Shown in pieces: positions 1 to 9,318 of a DNA stretch of 64,000 bases. The notes beneath the pieces are model-generated. The model had not been told where the DNA came from. It made no database searches and saw only the letters and a program-made list of their open reading frames with translations. This DNA is from Eubacteriales bacterium. GTDB taxonomy: Bacteria; Bacillota; Clostridia; Oscillospirales; SIG627. The stretch is taken from assembly GCA_045631145.1 (NCBI GenBank), contig JAZQUE010000074.1, positions 3,065 to 67,064 on the forward strand, written 5' to 3'. The translations under genes were made by a program, and so were the position numbers. How positions within the stretch are numbered: the first letter of the stretch is position 1; each line of letters begins with the position of its first letter.

Positions 1-447
1 ACACCTTCAGATGATAAGAAATACCAACTTGATATAGCAGAAATTTTTATGCGTATCTGCGTGCTTATGCGATATGGATGTCTTGGTTACATTATGCGGC
101 ATGAGGATTACAAGAAAGCTCCACTCCCAAACTTATATGTTCAAATTGCAAGATGGTGTAATCAACCTGGGTTTTATCGGAATTTATCTTTCTGGGAATA
201 TTGCTACAAGAACCAAACATATTGGGAAGAACATACACTAGGGATAAAACACGATAGACTCAAGACCTATGAGGAATTTTTAGAAGACCTCCATAACGGT
301 TATTATAATGACAAGAAGATTTGCCTTACATTAAAGACCTGTCATGAATTCCTGGAAAGTCATAAAGTTCATAAGAAACTCTTCCTCAGTTTCTTTAACT
401 TGTCTTTTAAGAAAATGATAGATCCCAATCTATGGTTACGTAAATAA
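1..447 (+). CDS. hypothetical protein, 5'-truncated by window edge
   Basis: Frame of the 49..447 ORF stays open back to base 1 (TPSDDKKYQLDIAEIF-MRIC...). First visible gene of the co-directional operon. Confidence 0.6.
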   Translation, partial: TPSDDKKYQLDIAEIFMRICVLMRYGCLGYIMRHEDYKKAPLPNLYVQIARWCNQPGFYRNLSFWEYCYKNQTYWEEHTLGIKHDRLKTYEEFLEDLHNGYYNDKKICLTLKTCHEFLESHKVHKKLFLSFFNLSFKKMIDPNLWLRK

Positions 448-460
448 AAATACTTTAAGT

Positions 461-1141
461 ATGGTAACATTCAGCATTGAAGATTTCTTTTCTAAGAAAT
501 TTGAGAAAGAATCGACTAACATCTTGTTAGAAAGGCCTGCATATTTTTCCGCAATAATGATGGAAAACTATGTGTATCAGCTTATGTGTTATGGTTTGGA
601 AGAATATATTTCATATATGGTTGCTAATCCAAATCAAATAGAAATTACTACTCGTGATATTACTCAACTCAGTAGTATTGATGACTGTACAACAAATATG
701 TGTAGGATAATGCTCGATAATAATAATCAAGGATTTACACTGACCGAGATTGCGACCAATTTACATAGTGATGACAGTTATAAGGATAATCCAGTTGCAC
801 TAACTAAATACGGTGAAAATCAAGTAAAAACTGCTTGTCAAATGGGATTAACTATTTTAAAAAACGAATTATGGTATCTTACAGGAGTTGGTTATGTTAT
901 TAACAACTTACCAGAAAATGTTAGGACAAAATATTTTGCAATTAACCTACTAAGAGACCCATTCTATAGCAAGGTTATACTATCGTTATATGAGAAGGAG
1001 ACAAATTTAAGGGACTTCATGGGTATTCTCTCAGAATCGACTCAAAAAAGAAGATCTTCTAGTTGTCAAAAAGTACTTGCATTTTATATTAAACAATGTC
1101 AAGTTGAAAACATAACTATTAATAACCTTACATTTAAATAA
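461..1141 (+). CDS. hypothetical protein (226 aa), second visible gene of DISARM-like operon
   Basis: ORF with 13-nt and 1-nt gaps to its neighbours; no motif recognised. Confidence 0.65.
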   Translation: MVTFSIEDFFSKKFEKESTNILLERPAYFSAIMMENYVYQLMCYGLEEYISYMVANPNQIEITTRDITQLSSIDDCTTNMCRIMLDNNNQGFTLTEIATNLHSDDSYKDNPVALTKYGENQVKTACQMGLTILKNELWYLTGVGYVINNLPENVRTKYFAINLLRDPFYSKVILSLYEKETNLRDFMGILSESTQKRRSSSCQKVLAFYIKQCQVENITINNLTFK

Positions 1142-1142
1142 T

Positions 1143-2876
1143 ATGTCTTACACAAATCATTCAAGAAGAACAGGAACTTTGGAACAAGTCATTTGCCGTC
1201 ACGAAGATGGTACTCTTCTTCAAGGAGAAGCTGACATGTATGAAAGAATCATAAGAGATTGTGAGGCAAGTGACTTGCATTGGCATTTGTGGTACGATTT
1301 GTCTCTACCTATTCAATATGCAGGGCAATCAGAAATACAAATAGATTTCTTATTGATTTGTGAAAAGGGTGCCATAATCTTAGAAGTAAAAGGTGGTGGC
1401 ATAGAGGTTGTTAATGGTCGTTATTATTATGTTCGCAATAATGGTCTCTCAAAGCAAATGAGTATTACTCCATTTGAGCAAGCACATAATTACAAATGGG
1501 CATTGCTGAATCATCGTGTGCTTAATGGAGAACAATTATTTGTTGACTATGCAGTTGCTTTTCCTCACCAAGAAATGAACAAAACAAATGAGAATGAATC
1601 TATCGACCAAAGTTTTTGGTTATGGGATAAGCAATTGCATGACAATAAGGATAATTCATTTGCTGATTTTTGTGAGAGTATATTAGATGATGCTAGAGAA
1701 AATTCATCAAGAAGTAGATTTGTACCTGTTCTTACAGAAAAAGAATTAGATGAAGTTGTGCAGGTTCTTTCTCCAACCTTAATAGATAAAAGTCGATATG
1801 CACAATCTACATTGTCAGAAGTGTTAAATTGGCTTCACATACAGAATTTGGATATTCTGGAATCTCTTGAAAGAAACAAACGAATCCTTATAGAAGGGGG
1901 GCCTGGAACAGGAAAAACAACCATGGCTAAAGCTTTTATAAAAAAGCACAAAGGGTTAAAAGGATTGTACTTATGCCAAAATATCTTATTATATGCAAAG
2001 ATAAGAGAGGAGTTAGTACAGGCCGATTTGTATAATTGTGATGTTTATACCTTAAATCGTTATCTTGGCATTATATCTCAGAATGTAGATTCAATGTATG
2101 TTTGGACTCCAAAGCTAGTAAAAGATATAATGCAGAAGACAAATCATAAGTTGTACGACTATGTAATAATAGATGAAGCACAAGACATTGCTGATAAGGG
2201 TATTGACATATTAATTGACAATCTTACTTCTATATCTGGAGACGGATTATCTACTGGAAATTATTTGATCTTCTATGACCTTGAGCAAGGCTACAATAGC
2301 AATTCACGCCATATTGATAATTTTGTGTCTTCATATTTACCTTTTTCTGCGCACTATAAGCTTAACGAAAATAAGCGTGTAATCACAAATAGAAAAATCG
2401 TAAGTTTAGCAAATAAACTTCTATTACAGGAAACAAAAGATGCATATACTGACTTTATCAAAGGCTTGGGTGAAGAATCAATACCTTATTTAAGAACAAC
2501 ATTTGTAAACTGCAATAAAGATTTATTTCGGGCATTCAAATCTGCAGTAAAACAGAGTGATGATATTGAGAGAACTGTAGTACTTGTACACTCTGCATTC
2601 AAACGTGTCATGTATCAAGGTGATAGCATATATGATTTATTATCCGACAAGCCAGGTGTGCATATGTTGGACGAAGATAATGTTGTTAATCCTGACAAGT
2701 CGAGCATACCTTTCACTAGTATTTTAAAATACAAAGGGCTTGAAACCAATAAAGTAATATTGGTAATTCCTGCGTCATGTGCCTCTGTTGACCTAAACAA
2801 CTTCCTATTTGAAATCTATGTTGGGTTTACACGTGCTATGATGGAACTTCAAATAATAATTTATTCAGAGCGTTAA
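1143..2876 (+). CDS. NERD-domain + superfamily 1 (UvrD-like) helicase
   Basis: N-terminal IQIDFLLICEKGAIILEVKGG (NERD-like); Walker A ILIEGGPGTGKTTMAKAF; Walker B YVIIDEAQD; motif VI-like YVGFTRAMMELQ. Confidence 0.85.
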   Translation: MSYTNHSRRTGTLEQVICRHEDGTLLQGEADMYERIIRDCEASDLHWHLWYDLSLPIQYAGQSEIQIDFLLICEKGAIILEVKGGGIEVVNGRYYYVRNNGLSKQMSITPFEQAHNYKWALLNHRVLNGEQLFVDYAVAFPHQEMNKTNENESIDQSFWLWDKQLHDNKDNSFADFCESILDDARENSSRSRFVPVLTEKELDEVVQVLSPTLIDKSRYAQSTLSEVLNWLHIQNLDILESLERNKRILIEGGPGTGKTTMAKAFIKKHKGLKGLYLCQNILLYAKIREELVQADLYNCDVYTLNRYLGIISQNVDSMYVWTPKLVKDIMQKTNHKLYDYVIIDEAQDIADKGIDILIDNLTSISGDGLSTGNYLIFYDLEQGYNSNSRHIDNFVSSYLPFSAHYKLNENKRVITNRKIVSLANKLLLQETKDAYTDFIKGLGEESIPYLRTTFVNCNKDLFRAFKSAVKQSDDIERTVVLVHSAFKRVMYQGDSIYDLLSDKPGVHMLDEDNVVNPDKSSIPFTSILKYKGLETNKVILVIPASCASVDLNNFLFEIYVGFTRAMMELQIIIYSER

Positions 2877-2879
2877 AAT

Positions 2880-5288
2880 ATGGATTTCAAGAAAGCATTA
2901 CAAACATTTGATAGTAATTTTGAGAGTATTCTTGAAATTATGAAACTCAGGAAAGAACCTGAGATGATTGACGCTGTCCGTAATCTATTACTTGTTGTAA
3001 ACCTTATTCTAGAATACTTCATGAATCGAGAAGATGATGAGTTGAAGATTCCTGTAATATATTTCCCAATAAGCCAAGAATACGCTCAAGAATTGTGTGA
3101 AGATTTTGTTACATTGAAACTTGGCTTATATACAAATAAAGATTGGAAAGAGCAATTGTGTTATTTATTATCAAAAAAAGACTTATATATCCCCTCTGAT
3201 ATAAAAACAAAGAAACAACATTTAGCATTACGTGAAAATCATAAGTATGAGAATAAACTCTCTGAAATCCTGTCGCGCTCTAGAAATGAATTCATAGATT
3301 ATGGAAAAACACTAATTTATAGTGAAAAATTACAAAAAGAACAAACCACATATCGTGAAGCTAATAAAGATTACAATAGGAAATCAGTTAATAAATACTG
3401 GTATCTAAGACATGCCATTAACGATTCGAACGATTTCTTACGAGGCGGTTGTCCTCTTTCATTGGTTTATGGGGATAGTGATTTCTTCTACGAACACATT
3501 ATTGAAAATGAAGGAAAAGTGAAAATCCAAAACATAATTGTTTTTCCAACAAAATCTGCAGATGGAAGGTATAGTGAGTTTTGTGCGAACTCATTTCAAA
3601 AACCTTATCTGGATGATTTCATAAGTACTGATTGTGGTTTGAAAAATGTATTTTTCTTTTGTTTCTCTCACAAACCTTATCGTCTTCGTAGACTGTTTGA
3701 CTTCAAACAAAGGATGAAAGAAAGAATACAAATATTTGAAGATGAAGTATATGATTTTATTTCATTCACGTATGAAGAAGCTCTTACTTTAACCAATCAA
3801 AATCCCCCAGAACATCTAGTTGTTAATATAGGTAAGGATAGTAACGAGATACAAGAAGATTACGAGACTCTATTTGATGATATTACAAATGGGTTGGATA
3901 GATATGTGTCTCGTAGAAACGAAATGTCTTTGTGCTTTAGTGATGCATTGAGCAAAGATTACGCAAATAGAATACTAGAAGAAACAGAAGCAGACGAAAA
4001 CTTGATTTCTGAGATTTTAAGATTTAATAGTCGATTATGGAAAGAAGAAGCAGAAGTCGCTCTACAGCATTTTGTCTTCAATAGTAATGTTTTCATTATT
4101 ACTGGCAATGACATAAATGAGCAACTTAAGAATTCTGTCCGTGTATTTCTCCAGCTATATTATAGCGCACAAAAAATTACGTTTGGAACCTTCGGAGATT
4201 TAAGAGGATATCTCTGTAATGGAGAATATCAAAATGAAATCAAGGACAAGAAAATCATTATTATATCATTTAGAAGTGATTATACTGATAGTATTTTTCA
4301 CAAATATCCAAACTCGTTTGATCCATATTGTATTAATGGTGATCAGCAAGTACTTGAGATTGCAAATTATTATTTCTTGCGTCAGTATTATGATTGGGGT
4401 AAATATAATTATGGTAAAGCAATTAGAAAAATCTTAAAATCTGAATTCCGTAATTCTGAGATGAGACCTATACTCGTGGAATATAAGCGTCCAACAAAAC
4501 GATTGCTAGAAGATACACGAGAAGAAGAGAGTGACAGAAACAATAGTCGTACAGTACAGAAAACGAAAGTGACTTATAATAATAATCACTCTCAGGAGTT
4601 TTGGAGGTCCGAATGGATGCTATATAAATTTGGAGATCATCTTAGCATTGCACCTTTATCAGATCTCGTGGATTTATATGAATCAGTTACAGACTTGTCT
4701 ATTCAGCCACTATCATGTCTAGTAAGACGTGTTAATAATCAATTCATTGACAGTCAAAAAGACAAAGACCACAAAAGTGAACGGATGTTCAAAGAGCAAT
4801 CTCTATATGGATTGACTCAGGAAGAGATAGATTCCGATACTCAATTATGGAAAATTCTTTTAGCTAAACGAGTTGAAAAGATGGGATGTAAAAATGTCTA
4901 TGAGGAAGTAATGGACAATTTCAATGAGAGATATAGAGTTAGTTACCATTCATTCAAAAGATGGTTAGAACCTGACTATGGTATTCCAAGAGCCAGAAAA
5001 GTTCAAAAATTCCTTGTGGAAAATTATCTTGGTATTAGACCTCCGTATATTAATCTCATACGTAGAATTAAGGAACGAACAAAAAGTGACACCGAAGGAA
5101 TAACAATTAACATTAGACATTTCCTTAACATTGCACTTTTAAACGATGATTTTAATATTGTTTACAATGCTTTAAGTGATGAAATCCGTGATTTGTTGGA
5201 CATTAATTCTTCAGAAGATGTCGAGAAAATCGTCACTGATGTAAAAGAAATAATAAACTTAGAACCCGTAAAATCTATTTCGCAATGA
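2880..5288 (+). CDS. large protein of unknown function (802 aa), possibly DrmE-like
   Basis: Intact ORF between the SF1 helicase and drmA-like gene, overlapping the latter (stop 5288, start 5285). DrmE assignment rests on position, size and a vague recollection of the C-terminal LGIRPPYINLIRRIK style; not verified. Confidence 0.4.
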   Translation: MDFKKALQTFDSNFESILEIMKLRKEPEMIDAVRNLLLVVNLILEYFMNREDDELKIPVIYFPISQEYAQELCEDFVTLKLGLYTNKDWKEQLCYLLSKKDLYIPSDIKTKKQHLALRENHKYENKLSEILSRSRNEFIDYGKTLIYSEKLQKEQTTYREANKDYNRKSVNKYWYLRHAINDSNDFLRGGCPLSLVYGDSDFFYEHIIENEGKVKIQNIIVFPTKSADGRYSEFCANSFQKPYLDDFISTDCGLKNVFFFCFSHKPYRLRRLFDFKQRMKERIQIFEDEVYDFISFTYEEALTLTNQNPPEHLVVNIGKDSNEIQEDYETLFDDITNGLDRYVSRRNEMSLCFSDALSKDYANRILEETEADENLISEILRFNSRLWKEEAEVALQHFVFNSNVFIITGNDINEQLKNSVRVFLQLYYSAQKITFGTFGDLRGYLCNGEYQNEIKDKKIIIISFRSDYTDSIFHKYPNSFDPYCINGDQQVLEIANYYFLRQYYDWGKYNYGKAIRKILKSEFRNSEMRPILVEYKRPTKRLLEDTREEESDRNNSRTVQKTKVTYNNNHSQEFWRSEWMLYKFGDHLSIAPLSDLVDLYESVTDLSIQPLSCLVRRVNNQFIDSQKDKDHKSERMFKEQSLYGLTQEEIDSDTQLWKILLAKRVEKMGCKNVYEEVMDNFNERYRVSYHSFKRWLEPDYGIPRARKVQKFLVENYLGIRPPYINLIRRIKERTKSDTEGITINIRHFLNIALLNDDFNIVYNALSDEIRDLLDINSSEDVEKIVTDVKEIINLEPVKSISQ

Positions 5289-8200
5289 TAACAAAAAAAC
5301 GCGATTCTTTAGAGTCTTTCATAAAGGAGCAAATAATAGGTCCTGGCGGCTGCAACTACCAGTATTATATAAAGCGTGAGGATAATAGCGAACGTTTGGA
5401 ACCCGGATATTCATATGGTGAAGTCCTTAATACGACTCCAGGAACCATTTACAGCTCTGCAATACTATTCCCACAGAAAGCAGTCGAAGATAATCGTACA
5501 ATCATAGACAACACTCAAGTTGATGACGAAAATTCGAATGAAGAAGTAGATGATATTCAAAATGTGTTAGAAGAGGAACTATCAGAGGAAAAAAATGTTG
5601 ACCATTCTGAAGATATTGATGCCTTGGGACGAAGATTTCCAAATAAGTTCGGAATATCCTGTTGTTTGGACTCAAATCTCATAAATGAGGGTCTTAAAGT
5701 CACCATATCTGGTAGATATTACAAAGAAATTAAATCTTCAACACTTCTTAGAATTAAGATAGAAGATGTAGAAGGATTTCAAACTTTCATTGAGGATGAT
5801 AAGTTTAAACAACTAATAGGAAAATTAGTTGCTATAGATGGTGATGCAATAAGAATAGTTATGGGCATCAAAGATAAGGAACTTAAAGAAAAAAAGGAAA
5901 GTCTTCGTGAAGTAAACAAACATTTCTGCAAAATTGTTGCTATTAATGATGATGGTTCTTTATGTGATATCTATAATGATGCATCGTTCAAACCTGAATA
6001 TAGATTCTTAAGTGCATATAAGGAGCGTTTATTTGCAAAACTCAACCATTTTGATACAGACAATAATTATACTTCTGCAGGCAGAGAAGAGGAAATAAAA
6101 AATAGAATTTCCAAAGTTGAGAAGTACGAAACATTTATCTCTTATATCGAAGATGTTATATCTGTTTTTGATTCGCAGGGTTTCGGTTATTGGGAAGCTA
6201 TCAACTTTGAGAAATCTATTGATCTTTCTGATATAGACCTTACTTCAAAAAGAGTCTTTAGAGCAGATGATTATCCTTCTTTAAAAGATATAGTCAAAGT
6301 TGAAGTAGGCAATGACACATATTTATCACTTGATGCATGGCTACAAGCCATTAAGAATCAAGGAAAAATTTACCTTAAGGTATTGCTAGTCAATAGTTCT
6401 ACACCTATAACTTCCGGAGATGTAAGATATTTTTCAATTGTAACAAAGAAGGTTAATGAGAGAAGTTTTTTTGGCGTTTCTATTAATATATCAAGTCCTC
6501 ATCTTTTGGAGTATCATAAAGAAAATACTTATGATGCCATCGATGAGGAAGCGAATGCGTTGAGATACTTGTATCGAAATATAAAGGATTTTGGTGTTGG
6601 ACATTTGTGTTCTGTCAATTGGGGAATTAAGAAAGGTGTCATGAATATATGGTCAGAGTTTCTACCAACTGTTGAAACACCTGACGTAGAACCAGTTCCA
6701 AGAAACAAAATGTTGGAGGATATCAGTTCAGATGGGAAAATATATGCAACTCCTTACTTGGAATCTCCCAAGTGCCTTCAATTCAAGTGGCTTTCAGTAT
6801 TTTCTGATGCTAAGGACGAAGATATAGCAAAGGGACTACTAGAATTTGCTGAGACATATAAGCATTGGATAGACAATTTATCAACCAATAATAGTCCAAT
6901 AGCTGAAGAGAATAAGCGCAGATGCAATATGGATTATTTACGTATAAAAAATAACGTTGTTGACTTCCTTTCTGATTCAAAAAAGATGCTTGCGTTCAGA
7001 CTTATGAACGCAGCCATGTTCATGCAATTATGGCATAATACCAATGACAATAAGAATAAAGTTGTTATTGATAAGACTAAGCTTACATTTGATTATTATA
7101 AAAAAGAGGCTGACGACACCACAATATTCAAAGGAATGAATGCTGCTTGGCGTCCATTCCAACTTGCTTTTATACTTCTGAACCTTGACGGCATTTTTCG
7201 AAGAAGTGCTGATACACCTTGGTTGGAAAGGAACGAATTGGTGGATCTTGTGTGGTTCCCTACAGGTGGTGGTAAAACAGAAGCCTATTTGGGTATCATA
7301 GCGCTCACTATTGTAAATAGAAGAAGGACTCAAGGCAAAAAGGGTGAAGGTACAGCTGCATTAATGCGTTATACCTTACGTCTTCTTACAACCCAACAAT
7401 TCCAACGTGCTTTACGACTCATTATGGCATTAGAACAAATAAGATTGTGGAATAACACAACTTATAATCTAGGTAATACGCAGATTTCCATAGGCCTTTA
7501 TGTCGGAAAAGCATCTCTTCCAAATACTAATGAAGATTTGGTTAAGGAAATACAAAATTGGGAACACACACACGGAAGAGTGCCACTAGATACATGTCCA
7601 TGGTGTGGTTCGCTGATTAATCCTATCAGAAAAAATAATGAACAACATTTTCGATGCAGTAATTTTAGATGTACATTTGGTGGTCAAAATACTTATCCCG
7701 TTTGTCTTTGTGATGAGCAAATTTACAAAACTCCTCCTACACTTCTATTTGGTACTGTAGATAAGTTTGCGCAATTAGCTCATAAGGTTGACGAGACAGA
7801 TGTGAAAAAAGACTCTAGAGGTATTTTTGGTATAAACAATGGTTGTCTGCCACCAGATTTGATTATTCAGGATGAGTTACACCTTTTGTTGGGCCCATTG
7901 GGTTCGGCAGTAAGTCTTTATGAGTGTGCTATTGACCAGTTATGTTCACAAAAAGACACAAAGGGAAATGTTATTCGTCCAAAGATCATTTCATCTACCG
8001 CAACTACTAGAAATACATCATTGCAAATAAGAGCTTTATATGATAGAAAAGTTAGCATTTTTCCGAAAAACGGAACCGACTATGACGATTCTTTTTTTGC
8101 ATTTTATAAGCGATTTAAGAATGAGGGAGATGCTGACTGGACATACGTAGCAAAACGAAAATATATGGGTGTGCTTCCTACTGGACGTACACAGATGACT

Positions 8201-9313
8201 ACACAGATTCGTCTTGCTGCAATCTTGTTCGTACATAGAGCGTTATTCGAACAACAGAACTATGAATTGATTAGCAACAAGGACTTTATCAAAGCTGCTG
8301 ATTATTATTACACTGTAATTTCATACTTCAACAGTTTGAAGGAAGTTGGTAAGACAGATGCACAATTCTATCAAGAGTTTACAAAATATACGCGAAGATT
8401 ATACAAGCGTGTTTTGAGATTCTCCCACATGCATGAGTGTCTCTATGTATATAATGATCATTTCCACAAGTCAGAGTTAACAGGTCGATTGACAGGTGAG
8501 GAAGCAGTAAAAGAACTTGCCGATGCTCAGAATCGCAAATGGGACCCCCAAATGCGCTTGCCATATCAAGATGAAGATAATAAGTGGCAAAGAGCGAAGC
8601 TTCCGGCCGATATGGTTCTAGCTACAAACATGATTTCAGTAGGTCTTGATGTGTCAAGATTTAACACAATCATCATGAATTCAATGCCACGAAACATTGC
8701 AGAATACATTCAGGCAAGTTCACGTGTGGCTCGCGAAAAGGAAGGATTGGTAATAACACTTCATAGTCCTTTCAACCAGAGAGATGTATCTCACTTCGAA
8801 AAGTTCAGGGAGTTCCACGAGAAGCTATATTATTATGTTGAACCAATATCTATTACTCCTTTCTCTCCTAAGTCGGTTGAAAGGTTCTTGCCTTTATATC
8901 TTGCTGCAATCATCAGACAGAAATATTCAGGATTGGGCAATCGTAAGGATGCAAGTAACATCAACGACTCACTTGCGACAAAAATTAAGGATGAATTAAA
9001 ACGCTACTTTACAGAGAGAGCTGATAGAAGTGATACTCTTCCATCGCAGGAAGCGGCAATTCTGACGCGTGGAATGTTGGACGTTATTATCAATCAAATT
9101 GATCTAAGTATTGGAATTTGGTTGGATGCTGCTAATAGAATGGGACAAAATTTAGTGTATTACATAACAAAATATGGTAGGCGTAATCCGAACGAGGTAT
9201 CACTATTTGCATCCCCGGAAGATTTTGAAGGAGATATGCCAACAGACAAGTGGCTCGTTCCGAATGCTTTGAGAGTTATTGAACCAGAATCTGTTATTCA
9301 TGTAATTCGTTAA
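5285..9313 (+). CDS. drmA: DrmA-like SF2 helicase (DISARM)
   Basis: 1342 aa; LVWFPTGGGKTEAYLG, GEGTAALMRYTLRLLTTQQFQR, zinc-finger-like CPWCGSLIN...CSNFRCTFGG, PPDLIIQDELHLLLGPLGS, LATNMISVGLDVSRFNTIIMNSMPRNIAEYIQASSRVAR. Confidence 0.8.
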   Translation: MITKKRDSLESFIKEQIIGPGGCNYQYYIKREDNSERLEPGYSYGEVLNTTPGTIYSSAILFPQKAVEDNRTIIDNTQVDDENSNEEVDDIQNVLEEELSEEKNVDHSEDIDALGRRFPNKFGISCCLDSNLINEGLKVTISGRYYKEIKSSTLLRIKIEDVEGFQTFIEDDKFKQLIGKLVAIDGDAIRIVMGIKDKELKEKKESLREVNKHFCKIVAINDDGSLCDIYNDASFKPEYRFLSAYKERLFAKLNHFDTDNNYTSAGREEEIKNRISKVEKYETFISYIEDVISVFDSQGFGYWEAINFEKSIDLSDIDLTSKRVFRADDYPSLKDIVKVEVGNDTYLSLDAWLQAIKNQGKIYLKVLLVNSSTPITSGDVRYFSIVTKKVNERSFFGVSINISSPHLLEYHKENTYDAIDEEANALRYLYRNIKDFGVGHLCSVNWGIKKGVMNIWSEFLPTVETPDVEPVPRNKMLEDISSDGKIYATPYLESPKCLQFKWLSVFSDAKDEDIAKGLLEFAETYKHWIDNLSTNNSPIAEENKRRCNMDYLRIKNNVVDFLSDSKKMLAFRLMNAAMFMQLWHNTNDNKNKVVIDKTKLTFDYYKKEADDTTIFKGMNAAWRPFQLAFILLNLDGIFRRSADTPWLERNELVDLVWFPTGGGKTEAYLGIIALTIVNRRRTQGKKGEGTAALMRYTLRLLTTQQFQRALRLIMALEQIRLWNNTTYNLGNTQISIGLYVGKASLPNTNEDLVKEIQNWEHTHGRVPLDTCPWCGSLINPIRKNNEQHFRCSNFRCTFGGQNTYPVCLCDEQIYKTPPTLLFGTVDKFAQLAHKVDETDVKKDSRGIFGINNGCLPPDLIIQDELHLLLGPLGSAVSLYECAIDQLCSQKDTKGNVIRPKIISSTATTRNTSLQIRALYDRKVSIFPKNGTDYDDSFFAFYKRFKNEGDADWTYVAKRKYMGVLPTGRTQMTTQIRLAAILFVHRALFEQQNYELISNKDFIKAADYYYTVISYFNSLKEVGKTDAQFYQEFTKYTRRLYKRVLRFSHMHECLYVYNDHFHKSELTGRLTGEEAVKELADAQNRKWDPQMRLPYQDEDNKWQRAKLPADMVLATNMISVGLDVSRFNTIIMNSMPRNIAEYIQASSRVAREKEGLVITLHSPFNQRDVSHFEKFREFHEKLYYYVEPISITPFSPKSVERFLPLYLAAIIRQKYSGLGNRKDASNINDSLATKIKDELKRYFTERADRSDTLPSQEAAILTRGMLDVIINQIDLSIGIWLDAANRMGQNLVYYITKYGRRNPNEVSLFASPEDFEGDMPTDKWLVPNALRVIEPESVIHVIR

Positions 9314-9318
9314 TCAAT

